Translations under genes and position numbers: made by a program
The notes under the pieces: generated by a model
The model's database searches: none
Told to the model about the DNA's origin: nothing
The model's input: the letters and a program-made list of their open reading frames with translations, nothing else
Assembly: GCA_964019425.1 (NCBI GenBank)
Contig: OZ025791.1
Location: 1,302,001 to 1,366,000 of the forward strand
Reading direction: 5' to 3'
DNA length: 64,000 nucleotides
Source of the DNA: Flectonema sp. DT1601
Lineage: Eukaryota
Shown here: piece after piece, positions 13,001 through 24,171 of the stretch
Layout: the number at the start of each line of letters is the position of its first letter
Numbering within the stretch: position 1 is the first letter of the stretch

Positions 13001-13101
13001 GGAACGCTACACCCTTCACGAGAGCTAAGAGTCTACCCCTAACGCGATTCCAGTCTCTGGTACCCCTTCAGAGAATTGATTCTGCGGATATGATTCGGTA
13101 A
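7042..13101 (+). CDS. Large IQ calmodulin-binding repeat protein (ASPM-like repeat region)
   Basis: Uninterrupted ORF of about 2,020 aa with many IQ-like motifs (KIQSRWRR, KLQSQWR, VIQRTWR, TIQNSWR, RLQRIGRGYRGR). The first ATG, at 7042, follows the acceptor TTTACAG at 7027. Confidence 0.8.
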   Translation: MPKDKNKNKKNKNAGSTLEQQTSVGRDPTVAVEKSTAFDVPDMDSTFRMSRRETHHQLQRRTTQRRISTPEIGNASPSTDVMAFSRRETSAFGSSMTMMTRKETAVSIVRSQSQVRRDSNDSSPGTLTRQSTSVSRNSSVPQFTSGRSASQLSRKGTRVMARNAEENFVSGGYDTFSPETTDLLINNGPMFRGTSPDRVSTPQKKKRAKKRSAAPIDTKQLVTNLAANSTLSLDRLFDKNGNTNCTVLTYAFRQSLSLLSTLFVNLFKLKQRKHVTASIVGHLIQTYAIDIPERYSRTQTIPFLVVSKALLECDKLDVFIKDALKLQGTRVGIEDPISRSDFATFLVYFRLTDVLNQMMLVGAMCDTERNARHDIIVTELNDPSHPRIFYDRVVKPNLAAASVQRFWRCKKAKQEMTRRVRLRQQGVYTDLNTYTAIDDTEQEKTWRERSRQQTLARSSSRGQLSRQDRLLRWLSFENIKKIFEESSYLYPAVIGQMIGKSDPKHVVPSNNLLWLCRAYSFYLPAETACREVTLWDVTEMIKKSSSSFTLIFEDILKLVGITRVQGGLKSDAFEKLIQFYDVEPGLRHELQELGLLLVGGVLMAGVFYSLADVHSEAKQRLLITDDGLLQLQLMHSRYQKFANNRQRATNMKPIRRQSISVRTAVRRPLTDFKNNKELILHGQAGDYECVITTQAVIRSFLSRLHFKHAVLLFRAAVKVQTRWKGVIARRHFQSILTAHRLKQEAASIKIQSRWRRQDAVNQYRQSRTDIILIQSLGRAMNLRCRLCRWRNCIATFQRIGSGLRDRWRLSCVRYNLKVIRLQCIWRQHFAVKELLSRRLQLKSILVLQRISQSYAVRSMIRNLFYSYRLQRVMRGGMSRDKMFNFRKQVKSATKLQSQWRTSQAKTLLARKRIERNSAEVIQRTWRCKNAKDTAATKRSELKAATTIQNSWRCSIARKIHQSLLIQRKALRYLQVIGKGYFGRLAVSELFISMLNLNKYKLSCMMTLRRIFNAFKQRCYVYQLYNNREWEKRIYDSRLRLQYVGKGFLGRLLCSSIPSLKRLQRIGRGYRGRLNFSKLSYSVIRLQKVGRAFTTRTLLMNNHGGVLTTCGVSDLFGGGLFMKILLSQAECGRRITGRAVKKLQSCGRGLRTRLLSQKEYKIILQAIRVIQQSGRGFNARLTAKYNHQYGVEERACNSYVIPSLRDTLFITRLQFLKKMYFKIRSSRGSFWKIQRLGKAYLGRRELFLRLGAVLAVQKIGKGLLGRAIARIHLLNRKSAITIQQMTRMVIAKSKLEALRIQSTASKYIQKITRGAASRLYMRRLRAAFVIQKHWRSYNSYLEDCAVQKITDSESIISKTCAGYRSRLFLSQKKPKSIETIRRVSIGATTRLNLRIKKGMKCAETGSVILHRNIERHRRVRFYNLLRYSSLMIQAKQRSMLNEAILRRLIKLTEVRTMKYCLRMLNRKVIIKSNVLKFQRMGRGLVHRSVLGKAFDLIKLSKQIITKVSKGFFHRKMLIDLYCRSTTVVAMTAFVAVGILYRRRCLTQKADAFLEYNSRRYLASRHYSVLRKFCAASAKSKLRRKAAQRLLMRTTMGSLSIRYHHWVNIAIRRKKIQSAVALQQVNEAHLQRKFFINLRLFSQRRIGCHVAITLAAATVRIPSMVGCLLFYNNKTLLYNKYKLWKGYSAAPPPTNNFNVLSYGVCAGIIVLSVSVCQDSFLSNPSKIISKRPPSAPLTRRKYSTWCAAASSVCIITSYVVLRQFNEIDRSIKDVSQNYICACDAAISGAYLITTVMSSSIRQPRRKVSSAQMKQLTKSSEQATVPITPKGNMKPSEMISSLVSNEDQDRRAVCFEQVCEFSKFNVDYNFCLSGISRRAGDRVRLEGRLKNIEYKEEKHRVLIRMKQMKKWQSMQLSQENRCSQGFATQNQNDHLALLHERKQRIQAWDLPQISKTISSRLISVVNQEKTAREELESRQQSNFEITSQYGNATPFTRAKSLPLTRFQSLVPLQRIDSADMIR

Positions 13102-13788
13102 AGTGTTCCTTGTTTCTTATGGTCTCTTAGCTTTAAATTAAATTATTATCATGGACGTTGTGAACAACTTCACAGCAGTCAATCTCTGTATTCGGAGGAT
13201 TAGTCTTTATCACTCGTTCGATTATTAGAACGTTGTTATGTTTGAAAACAATATAATATTATATCGAATTTCCTTTCTATTTATTTCTTCGTCTGTGGAC
13301 CTCTGACTTGGGTGACAAGCACGCGTCTGGGTACAAAAGACCTGCTTGGCAACATGCTTATGTATTGTTGGTTTCTTGTGGCTCTGGTCTAGGGGAAAAA
13401 AAAAAAAAAAAAATTCCTCGCCTTTATTTACACTGGTGACCTGTGGTCCCTACACGAAGACGTTGCAGTTTTCTTTCCCTCTTGTTTCACCATCTCCTAA
13501 CTATGCCTTTTTTCTTCAGTGGTCTGCAGCTCTGACGGGCTCAGACTAAAATAGATCGACCCTGGTGTTGACACAATCACTGTACTTACGTACATATTAT
13601 ATGCTATGAAGTCTTCTTTGATGTAAAAAAAAAAAAAAAAGAAAATAAAGTTTTATATTTATCATATTATTTTCTTCCTAACTCAGTAAAGTAAAACAAA
13701 ATGTCTTCTGTCGTGCGTGATGACTAAGAAACCTTTAATATACTTCACAAGTTAACTATTTCTTCTAGAATCAGTTCCAGGGAACAAC

Positions 13789-14055
13789 ATGTCAGCGCTG
13801 TTGATATGTTCAGCAGTTGTAATGTCATATAACTGGCTTTGTGAGGCGAATTACGAAGTTGTAAATTTTCGTCGTCAAGAACTAGCAACTGATTTAATTG
13901 AATGTCAAGAGTGGTGTCGATACCACTACTGCTTGTCTCTGTCGTACTTACCATGTGGAAGATGTTTGTTATGGAATACACGTGAACCTATTACAATAGA
14001 AAAGGATGGCTCGATTACTTGTAAATATCTCGGCAAACAACCCAGCAATCGTTAA
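13789..14055 (+). CDS. Small secreted PAN/Apple-like domain protein
   Basis: Hydrophobic N-terminus. The Cys pattern W.C...DL..CQE.CR...C..LSY....CLL...GS.TC is shared with the N-terminus of 19671-20960. Confidence 0.6.
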   Translation: MSALLICSAVVMSYNWLCEANYEVVNFRRQELATDLIECQEWCRYHYCLSLSYLPCGRCLLWNTREPITIEKDGSITCKYLGKQPSNR

Positions 14056-14222
14056 CAAGTTGGGTTAACGTTGGTACTCAATTTCAATGCGCTACAACAA
14101 ATCCAAAAGTAGTCGAAAGAAAACTTTATAAACAGTTGTCGTACCTTTTGTTTATTCAGACCACTTAGTGATGATGTGTTGTCATCTCTAACACCTAAGG
14201 GTCAACCACCGTACGATAAGGG

Positions 14223-14268
<46 letters not shown>

Positions 14269-14530
14269 GGATTTACACGCTACAATTACTATTTGTATTC
14301 GTTTACTGCTTTTTGGATTATTGAGTTGTGTTGGGTTTCTGATGGGATTTCTTATTTTATTTTATTTTTATTGTTATTATGTTTTTTTTAGAGTAGGAAA
14401 CTGGAACCGATGAATAGTTACTTTTTTTTTTTTTGAAGAAAATAATTTAATGAGAACTCCAACCTTCTCCGACCTTATTTAAAATAACAATTACCATACC
14501 TACTTCTAACTCTTTTTTAAGATCTCAAAA

Positions 14531-16913
14531 ATGCCGCTGGATGAATCTTTCTCTAAATTTCTACATGAGGAAGGACTGACCCGCTCAGCTTCACTTGAGA
14601 AGCTGCGAGGTTGCCGAATCGCAATCGATGCACATCACTGGATAAAGACCTTAGCGCCACGGATTAATGAACCCTTTCAAGCAGTGATGGGAGGTGTCCC
14701 TTTGACGATGAGAAAGGCGATTCGAGCAGAGCTACAGAAGTTTAAATCAGTTGGTATTGTCCCGGTGTTTGTATTTAATGGATTACCTATTATATTGACT
14801 CAAGCTCCTTCAACTCTCGTACAAAACCCTTTTCTATACGAACTTTACGATAAACGTGAAGAGGCTTGGCACGCATACCACGAAGGGAAACCATGTCGAC
14901 CGCAGTTTGAAAACACTGGTGGAACTGTAACAAGTTCTGAATTTCAACAAAGTCTAATAAGGTTATTGAGAGAAGAAAATATTGAGTTTTTTAAAGCTCC
15001 GTACATCGCATGGGCTCAAATGGCTCTTTGGGTTTATGGAAAAGATCAATGTGTTCATCAAGTTCAGGGACCTAATGAGTTGATCATGTTTGATCATATT
15101 TCGGTGTTGCTTCTCGACTTTCACTTCGACTCATCACCACCAGAGTTCGAGTATATAATAAAGCAAGATATAATAGAAAAATTATCTGTAACTGCAAAGG
15201 AAGGAAAGCAACTAACAAACGCACAATTTCTAGACTGTTGTCTTCTAACTGGATTGAGAGGACAAATGAAACATCAAAAGATTCCCGACTCTGAAAACCT
15301 TTCATTCAGTAGCATTGCAGAAAAGATGTTGTCATTCGGAAAAGTTCAATCTTTAATATTAGCGAGACCTCCTTTGGAAGAAGGACCAGCAAATCAAATT
15401 CTCGTAAAAAACCACATGCGTATAAGAGCAATAATAAGACATAGTTTAGTATTTTCGTTGGAAGGTGAGGTTTTACCCTTGACAAGAGCAACAGTAATTT
15501 CTGAAAATGGAGAACAACAAGAACCTCCCTGCAACCTCTCAGATCTTTGGGGTCATCGCCTTCCTAATATTCTATATTATCTTTTATCTGTTGGGTCGTT
15601 ACAGACTCAAGTTTTGGTTCACGTAGTACAGAATCAAATGATAGAAATGATTCCTGTTATTGACACCGCAGAATACAGAGATTTATTACAAAAAATACAT
15701 CCTTTAAAAACACAAGTAGCTCATCATCTCATTCATCAACTTGGTGGAAGAGATGAAAAATATATACTCAGAGGAAGTATGATATGCTGGAGATGGTTTA
15801 CTTTATTTGAGACTTTGCTAAAGCCACCACAAGCAATTAAACTCGATGAGTGGGATGTTCAGGATGATGATATTAGTTCATTGTTGGGATCAAATCCAAC
15901 TTCAAAGATTGGATTCGCATTCGTCATTAGAAATTTTAATAAAATGGCTTGTCGTGAAAAGGTTTATCATACTTTTAGTGAAGTACTTTGTGCTGTCTAC
16001 TTAAAATCACTTGACATCCTTGGATACTTTACCCATACTCGGACTGCTGTATGTATTTTCCTTTTTTTTTTAAACATAACCATACCGTTCACTGTATCCT
16101 TAACAGATTGTTACACCAGTTCGATTCCCCTCATAATGACATTTGAAATATAATAATAACAAACAGGATCCTCCAGTCTCTGGGTTATCACGTTTCTCAG
16201 AGGCCCTTATGAAGGCTGACGCTCCTGAATTCTGTGAGTACTTAATACTTGTTATTGAACTACTTAGAACTAGAGCGTTGACAAGAGACCACTTTACTTA
16301 TAGAAAGCCTGATCCTTCTAATCAATTGCAATCAACCAATCCTTGGGGAAAAGGAGAGAGAGATTTAGTTCATTTCCCAGAACTAAAAATGCCTCCAGTT
16401 TACTTAAAGGGTGGAGCAGATCAACAACAACAATACGAATGGTGTACTTTATTGATAAGTAGAATTGTAAGTTTGTTACCAATGGAGCTTAGTGAGTATC
16501 CGTGGTTCGCTGAGATCTCAAAAGACTTATTAGGATTTAATACTCTTGTCAAAGCGTTGCATAAAACTCTTCGAAATCTCACAGAAGTTGTTAGTGCTGT
16601 TTTGTTCTTAGATGGTCGAACTGCGATATCACCTGACAAGTACCAACAACTTCCAACACTACTTCCATACAGTCAGGAATCGAATACAGCAATGGGAATA
16701 GTATTCAACTACATAATGAGATCAAGTGAAGACTTTGGAAAAACTGAAATCACAAATCGTGAACAGCGTATTGCTCATTTACAGGTTTGCTTTACTTTAG
16801 ATTTTTTTTTTTTTTTTTTTTTGCACCTACAAACCCATTGTTCGGTGGATTCCTTTATTAAGATTTTGTTCCGGTTGCGCACAAGCAAAACAAAAATATT
16901 GAGTATTGAAGTC

Positions 16914-16960
<47 letters not shown>

Positions 16961-17263
16961 TTTGTTTGTTTTCAAAGCGAAGGGAACTACATGTGAAAAT
17001 AAATAATAAGAACCAGCAATTAACAATTAAAAAAAAAAAAAAAAAAACAGGAAAAATTCCCCTGCTGTCTGAACATCGAAGGCGACCTTATGAAGGCCTT
17101 CCGATTCTGGCAGGCGGTTCAGATAATTTTTACTGAATTACGTGAAGAAGAAAACTGCATCTCCCCCGAACTAAAAGCTATTTTTGGTAATGCGGATGCT
17201 ATGCTTCGAATTAAGTTGCATATGATTGTTGATTTGGGGGATCAAGAGTACCCAACGGAGTAG
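14531..17263 (+). CDS. MKT1: MKT1 post-transcriptional regulator (XPG/PIN-like N-terminus plus Mkt1 domains); exons 14531-16048, 16167-16784, 17051-17263
   Basis: Motifs IAIDAHHW, PVFVFNGL, FFKAPYIAWAQM, LWGHRLP, SKDLLGFNTLVKAL and AFRFW match my recollection of MKT1. Two GT-AG introns (16049-16166, 16785-17050) join the frames to TAG 17261-17263. Confidence 0.85.
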
Positions 17264-19670
17264 TTTTTATAACAATTTAAGTTGGATAAAATGCCATCCA
17301 CTCATTGGACTTTTGGGTTTAAACGTCTGAGCAAGCTCAAGTCGATTTCAATGACGTGACTTAAAATCGTATCCAAGATAGTGGTCACCCCTTCTGATTC
17401 TTGTCTACTCAAGTGATTGCAGTGAGTTGAAACTATGGATGCACGTTGAACTCAAATGGATTTAAAGAATGTGTGGGAAAGTAAAATAAAAAAAGATTTG
17501 ATAATTTAATTTAATTTAATTTAATTTTTCTTTTTTTTTTTTTCAATGACGGCCCGCTGTTAGTCCATTCCACGCTCAGATGCAATTGTGGATGAGGAGG
17601 AGCTTTTCTGTGATCCTCCTCCTACCTTCTCTTTTTAAGTTTTACTTCTTGTTTGTTCCTCAGTTCATTCGTCAGAAAAAAAAAAAAAGAACAGAAAAAA
17701 AAAAAAAAACAAACGAATCCCTCTCTGCCTGTTAGCCTGGCATGGTTCTTTCCCCCTCCCCGACACCGCATTCAATGAAGGTATAAGAAACAGTGTGTAG
17801 GGGACGGGAAATTTCGGCGAAAAGCAAGTCCCGTAGATAATTGAAACGTGTTTTGGTTACGGTCACAAAATATAATTTATTCACCCTTACCCCATCTCCC
17901 CTTCAAAATAGTGTTTTACGGGTTTTCATTCTGACACTACTAAAGGGATGTTTTCTGGCTCAACTTTTTTGATTTTTTCCCGATTATTTTTTCTTCTTTT
18001 TCTTGAAAAGTCATAAAACTGATTGTGATGAATTTGATTCCCCCGCTGTCCCATTTGTTTTTTCTTCTTTTTTTGAAAAGAGTATACAAAGCTCATGCTG
18101 CATTAAAAAAAAGAAAACAAAAATAAAAAAACAAACAAAACGTGACGTATTGCAGGCTCTCTTATGCCGTAAAAAAAAAAAAAAAAAAAAAAAAAAACTC
18201 CCGACATTGAAAAAAAAAAAAAAAAAAAGAATATTGTGTCTTCTGCGAGTTTGATTGCTAATGCGAATGGTGATAGTCTTCAGTAGGTTTGATAGGAATT
18301 ATTATTATTATTACTATTTTTTTAAAATTTATAATTCATATTTTATCGGAAAATATGTACACCTTCGGAATGAAACAGCAAACTAATTCGATGGGTCTGT
18401 TCGCCCAGCTCTAATGAACGATTCGGGTGTCATAACTGTATCGTTCTGTGCAGGCATAGTCTCAACAAGTGTTCTTTATCAGAATCAGGCTTCTGCACCC
18501 CTCAAGTGTTAGCCCATAACAGTCCCTTTTAGTGCGGATTATGGGTTTGACACCCTAAACCTTGCACACGTGTTAGACTGGTCGTTTTACTTTCTTCAGT
18601 GAGTCTTGCGGTATTTAAGAAAATAGGAAGTAATAAAGAATTAATGCTCTCGACTATTCTTTGCTGACATCGTTCAGCTCAAGAAACAAGTGAAGAGGTA
18701 CTGCATTTGTTCATTTTATAATTAATAAGATTATTTTTTTCTTTTCTTTTTCTAAATATTTCTTTCTTTCTTTCTTTCTTTCTTTCTTTTCTTTGTAGAA
18801 TTAAATCCCAAATAACTTAAAACTGAAAGGCGAAAAGGGAACCGTGTGTGTTGTTCCATCGCACAGAATAATCCGAAACAGGTAATGTGTTTTACACCCC
18901 ACCAGCTCATAGCATAGTGTGGTCATTCGCATTGAAGTTACAAACATCTGTTTTTCTTTTTTTTGTTCTTGTTCCCTCTTTTTTTCCGAATGTTCAGACA
19001 TTTTTAGTCTACTGAGCCCGCTATGGGTTGGAGTGAACTTTTTTGTGAAAATAGGGTCTGCAGGATCGTATTATTATTGTTTTGCTTTTTTCTTTTTTTT
19101 AAAAAGTCTCGTCATCGTTTAATGGATGCTCTTTGAGCTTACTCTGTATTGACTCCCTGACCTTGATAATTAATGCGGTACTTTGGGATGCCACAATGAT
19201 TTTTTTTTTTTTTTTCTTTTTTTTGAAACGTAATTGTGTGGTGTCAGGTCCCATGACGTATCGTATGAAAAAAAAATGCAGGAGAAGAAAAAAAATGGGG
19301 TCAGTTTCATTTTGTCCTTGACTTAGGACTTATTTTCTCGAAAAAAAATAAAAATAAAAAATATATAAAAAAAACAATGAGATGAGGAAATTTTTTTTCT
19401 TCTTTTTTTTTCTTCCTACAAATCTATCGAACTCCGCTGAGCGAGAGACTCATCAAGCTCTTCTTTGTTTGCTGACCAACAATATCTAATTTGGCTTATC
19501 AGATCCTGTTAAGTTTGCATAGTAACACCCCCTCAGGGAAAAAAAAAAAAAAAAAAAAAAAAAAAACCGATCCATGAAGTGGGAAGTAGAGAAAATATCT
19601 TTTTTCTAATTCAAGTTTTTTAAAACAATTACTTCACAACAGTATCAACCTTTTTACTGAGGGTAATAAA

Positions 19671-20960
19671 ATGGCCATTAGCTTGTTGTACACAGCAGCG
19701 TTATCGTTTTCATGGTCATGTGAGGACGGAGTGAAGCTAGTTGATGATTTTGGTACTAGATTATCAGCGAGTGACTTAGTAGGATGTCAGGAACTATGTC
19801 GTCAGAAACTATGCACGACTCTGAGTTATTCAGGTAATAAAGAATGTTTACTTAGTGAGAGATCAACTCATGACACTTCAAGGAGAGAAGGTTCCGTGAC
19901 TTGTGGTTTTGTTGAATTTGATTCTGTTGAAGAAGAGAGATCGTATGACGTACTTGAATTAGTTCCATCTGATGGTCCTCCACCAACTCCAGAACCAGAG
20001 ACAGATCCTCCTTTTCCTCCAGCAGGTGGTATTGATCCTAATGGTATTAGATACTGTGAGAACTCAGAAACTTGTCAAATGAACGGAGACATGTCTGCAA
20101 CATGTGATGTTGAGACCGGTCGTTGCCTCTGCGGAGACGGCTACGAAAACAAAGTAGTCAGAAGAAGAAGACAATATTCATGTAGACCAATTATAGAAGC
20201 AGTCCGTCCTAGAAGAGTATTTATTGTTTTGAAATTCGTATTCGCTTTCGGTAACTGCGTTGAGTTCAGAATTAGAAGACTTTGGGGACGTATTATTATT
20301 ATTATTTTGGCCCGTTTTAACGGTGCGTCTACCGGTTCAAACAGTACTGGTTGTGGTTCAGTTCACTTTAACCATGAGATAAATGTTGAACAAGATGATA
20401 TTACTGATGTTTTACCAACCATCAATAGTGATGTTCAAAGATTAATCGCTCAAGACCAGGACTTAGCAGCTGTTTTAGGAACAAGTGTTACTTCGAGTGT
20501 TGAAGTTGTTCCAACTGGAGCTGGAACGCCTTGTACTCTGACGGGTTCTTCAAAAACTACACAGTTTTTGATTAATGGAAATCAGGTTTGCTCTGCTTTG
20601 CAATGTACTGAAGGATATCAACTCGTAGACAGTGACAGTGGTATCACTGAATGTCGTGTTGCTACAATCAACACACCAACAACAGTAGTAACTTGTACTA
20701 CAGATTCTCAATGTGGTTCTGATAATTGTGTTAATGGACTGTGTTCGCTTCAAACGAAATCAAGTGATGACGAAGCGACCACAACTATTATTATTGTGTC
20801 AGTTATTGGAACTGTTTTATTTTTAATTCTACTTGCGTTGTGTATCTATTTCTTGAAGAGATCTTCTGCTGATAACAACACGAACCGCTCTCGTCATGAT
20901 GCAGCAAGCTCTGAAGTGTCTTACAACTACAGCGATAATTACAATGATATTGTCGTGTAA
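19671..20960 (+). CDS. Type I membrane protein with PAN/Apple-like and EGF-like Cys-rich domains
   Basis: Signal-like N-terminus, PAN-like domain, Pro-rich linker, EGF-like CDVETGRCLCGDGY, further Cys modules, and a single C-terminal TM helix (IIIVSVIGTVLFLILLALCIYFL). Confidence 0.8.
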   Translation: MAISLLYTAALSFSWSCEDGVKLVDDFGTRLSASDLVGCQELCRQKLCTTLSYSGNKECLLSERSTHDTSRREGSVTCGFVEFDSVEEERSYDVLELVPSDGPPPTPEPETDPPFPPAGGIDPNGIRYCENSETCQMNGDMSATCDVETGRCLCGDGYENKVVRRRRQYSCRPIIEAVRPRRVFIVLKFVFAFGNCVEFRIRRLWGRIIIIILARFNGASTGSNSTGCGSVHFNHEINVEQDDITDVLPTINSDVQRLIAQDQDLAAVLGTSVTSSVEVVPTGAGTPCTLTGSSKTTQFLINGNQVCSALQCTEGYQLVDSDSGITECRVATINTPTTVVTCTTDSQCGSDNCVNGLCSLQTKSSDDEATTTIIIVSVIGTVLFLILLALCIYFLKRSSADNNTNRSRHDAASSEVSYNYSDNYNDIVV

Positions 20961-23900
20961 GTTTATTCTTTTCCCTTTTTTTTTTTCATTTTTTTTTTTC
21001 TTCCCACATTTTACCACTACCCACCTGATGTTAGAATTATATGCCGCACTGATGAGTACTTAAACTCTCAAAAAAAAAAAAAAAAAAAAAAACAAATTAA
21101 AATAATCCTTTCTGATAGCTCCCTTTGAATCAATTGTTCTGATTGCAGCTCATGGAGGATTTTTTTTTTTAATTTAAAAATTGTTGGGTAGTTTATTATT
21201 TTGTCTCCTTAGCAGTGTTAGGTGTACAATTCACTACGTTCGTACGGTTATTGCGGTTTGAAAGTTTCTTTAATTAGTTACCTGCAAGAGTTCCCATGAC
21301 CGGGGGAAAAAAAAAAAAAAAAAAAAAAGTAGACTGTAGTAGTAGTTGCAGCAGTTGTAGTAGGGGAAAAAAATAAAATAAAAATAAATAAACATAAAAA
21401 AAAATAAATTCCTATTTTTCACACCTCAAAATACGAGTGTTAGCAACTGTGTTGCTTTTGATTGGTAAACAGTTTGATGATTGTGATAGTGATTGAAGGG
21501 AAAAAAAAAAAAAATGCAGCAACATTTCCCACCCGAAAAGGGCAAGGAATTCACCTACTACATAAGATCATTTTTTCCCCCCTGAATATTTATTTTCTTT
21601 CTATTTCTGCTCGTGTCCCTTCTTTTCTATTCGGCTGTTTCCTTTTCCTGTCCCTGTTCTCCTTTTCCCTTTTTTTTTAAAAAAAAAAAAAAGAAGCGTT
21701 TATTACTTTGATTCTTGTCCCGCAAAAGTTTACTCTTTTCTTACGGGATTCATATCAGGCGGGAAATTTTTTTTTTTGATTCCCTTGTTGTGACGTTTTC
21801 GTCTTGTGAGAAGGGAGAAAAGGAATGGCGAATTATTTTTTCCCTTTCTCCCGTCGTTGGCACCCTGGCAATATAAAAAGAAAAAAAGAAAGAGTTTTTT
21901 TTTATTTTTTTATAGTTCAAGTCACTGCCCGGGATAAAGAGAATTTTTTTTTAAAAAACAAACAAAAAAAGAAAGAAAATAAAAGAACTTATATGTAGTA
22001 TTCCTCTCCAGGCTGGTTCTCAGTCAATTTTTACGGTTTTTCAGAATGGGGTCTACCAATCTGAATCCTATGGCAAGGCGCTCCGGCAACGTACCTCTTA
22101 GAAGCACCTTCTCTAACCAAAAATATGTGATCGACGGTAATCTCTCAGTGATTCTTGTTTGAGTCGATACCACCGAAGAAGAATAAAATGTGGTATGAAT
22201 TTGCAAGTGTTATTGTTTGGATACCCTTGATACCATAGGAGGCTTCTGTGCTTTTTACGTCCAGCAGTCTTGCCGTCGTTTCCCCTAATTAGTTTCTATC
22301 TCTTTCTCATCCTCAAGGCAAAGGATTGAAGTATATCTGTAGGTCATAATAGTCTCAGGCCTCTAAGAAAAAAAAAGACTTCTAACATTGCATTCGGTAC
22401 GGTGAGTACCTATTCTGTGCTGATGTAGGGCTCTCTTCGTTAGCGCAGGTTAGCGTACTATGAGAGGAGGAGGGAAAGAAAAAAATTTAAAAAATAATCT
22501 AAAGTTGTTCCCCTGTTATCTTCCTCCCCATATGATCTTTTCTTTTCTTGTATTTCCTTTATGTTGGTGGCTAATGTGTATTGTTTGTTCTCTTCCCTTC
22601 CCTTCCCTTCTTACTTCTGTTTTGTTTTCTTTTCCCTGATTTTTTTCCTCTTCTTAACTAAATATCGTCTTTGAGACACCGTCGGAGTCTGTAGCAGAAT
22701 TCTAAGTAGCTAGGTTCGGTGAAAAAAAAAAAAAAAAAATACGTGAGATAGAAAACAAATCGAATAAGCAGTTCTGTGCTTTTTACTAATTTCTACTAAT
22801 AAACGTGAAGTTTACGTTTGTTTGTTTATTTTTTTTTTTTTTTGCTACTGGAAGTTATTCTTTTTTTGCTATTGCAGTCTTTTATTTATGACAAAAAAAA
22901 AAAAAGGAAAAAGGAAAAAAAAAGGGAAAAAAAAAGAAAAAGATTAATCAGTTTTGTCCAGCGATCTCTTGAGGCTTAACTACGATCAATGAAGTCCTTC
23001 GCAAGCGAACCGCTTGGTTGGTGGGACGGCTTGTCTCGTTGTTCGGCGGGGGTCAAAAAAAGAAGAAAAAAATTGAACGAAAAAAATAAGTTTTTTTTTC
23101 CCTTAAAAAACAGACCTGAAGTTAGTGAGCTGTTCTTTTGCAGCTCCATATTTTCCCATGAACGCAGGTGTGATGCCTAGCCCTCCGCGCAAAGAGAGAG
23201 AGTCGGGAGTATTGGTTATTTATGTCATGTTTCCCAATCTCACCTTCGCAAACTTGTTTGTAACGAGTGATTAACGCAATTAACCAGTTTGACAAGCAGG
23301 CTGAGGGAAGCTAAATAACGCTAAATGAGAACCTTTTTACTCGAGTTAGGAATCCGCTTGCAGTCGCAAAGTGACGTCGGAAATTTACCGGTCGTCTGTT
23401 GTGTTCTTCGGTTGGAAATCACTCTTTTATTTTTTCCCCCTCCCAAAACACACACATACTGTCTTGATCATGCCAAATAGAAGGGAAAAAAAAAAAATAT
23501 AAACAAAAGTACCCTTGAAATTACTATTATGTTGTTGTTTATTGAGGTAGAGATACATTCAGAAACACAACTGTAGAATTACGGTAAACAGTGACACATC
23601 GTCAAACAATATTTATTGTTGTCGATATATGTGACTTCTTTTTACCACTATTGAAGTCAGTTAATACGATCTGTCTATGCTTCACTTTCTTCCCTCTTTT
23701 TTTTTTCTGTTGCTGCGAACATTTCTTTTCATAACCACCCAAATCCATGCTGTTTTGCGGGAAAAGAAAAAAAAAGAAAGTCGGGCAGACTGAACAGGTG
23801 ATAACAAGAATTAAATCGGCCTCTTTTGAGAACCGACTTACGTGATTCTCCCCCCCCTTTTCCATCCCTCCTTTTTCTTTTTAATCGGAATCCGAGTTTT

Positions 23901-24095
23901 TCTGGTGTCGAGCAAGACTCATCAATGGAATAATGTGGCAGATATTATTTATTTATTTATTTTTTGTATTGTTTGTGTTCTTTGATTTTTCCCACCATCC
24001 TCGTTTGTTTTTCAGGAGTAGTTACCACCGTAAATCTTTTTTTTTTTTTTTTTTTTTTTTTGGTACGAATGATGCCTTTTACCCCCTCTAATTAT

Positions 24096-24171
24096 CCTCT
24101 AACTAATGTTAAATTATCGTTATGTTGTCTATGATACAAAACATTTGTATTTTACGTACAAACTCGAACAG
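24096..24171. repeat. Short dispersed repeat (about 80 nt) flanked by 17-nt direct repeats
   Basis: The core AACTAATGTTAAATTATCGTTATGTTGT...TATTTTACGTACAAA.TCGAAC.GTTA recurs at about 38525-38601, 41377-41743 (split), 45953-46026 and 49588-49615 (deleted form). Here it is flanked by TTACCCCCTCTAATTAT at 24079-24095 and 24172-24188. Confidence 0.75.

Noticed and set aside
21049..21072. CTGATGAG possible hammerhead or box C motif
   Set aside because: No GAAA core after a stem II and no suitable box D or terminal stem.
22046..22162. 38-codon ORF (MGSTNLNPMARR...) after a TTTTCAG acceptor-like site
   Set aside because: Too short and no recognisable motif; cannot be supported without expression data.
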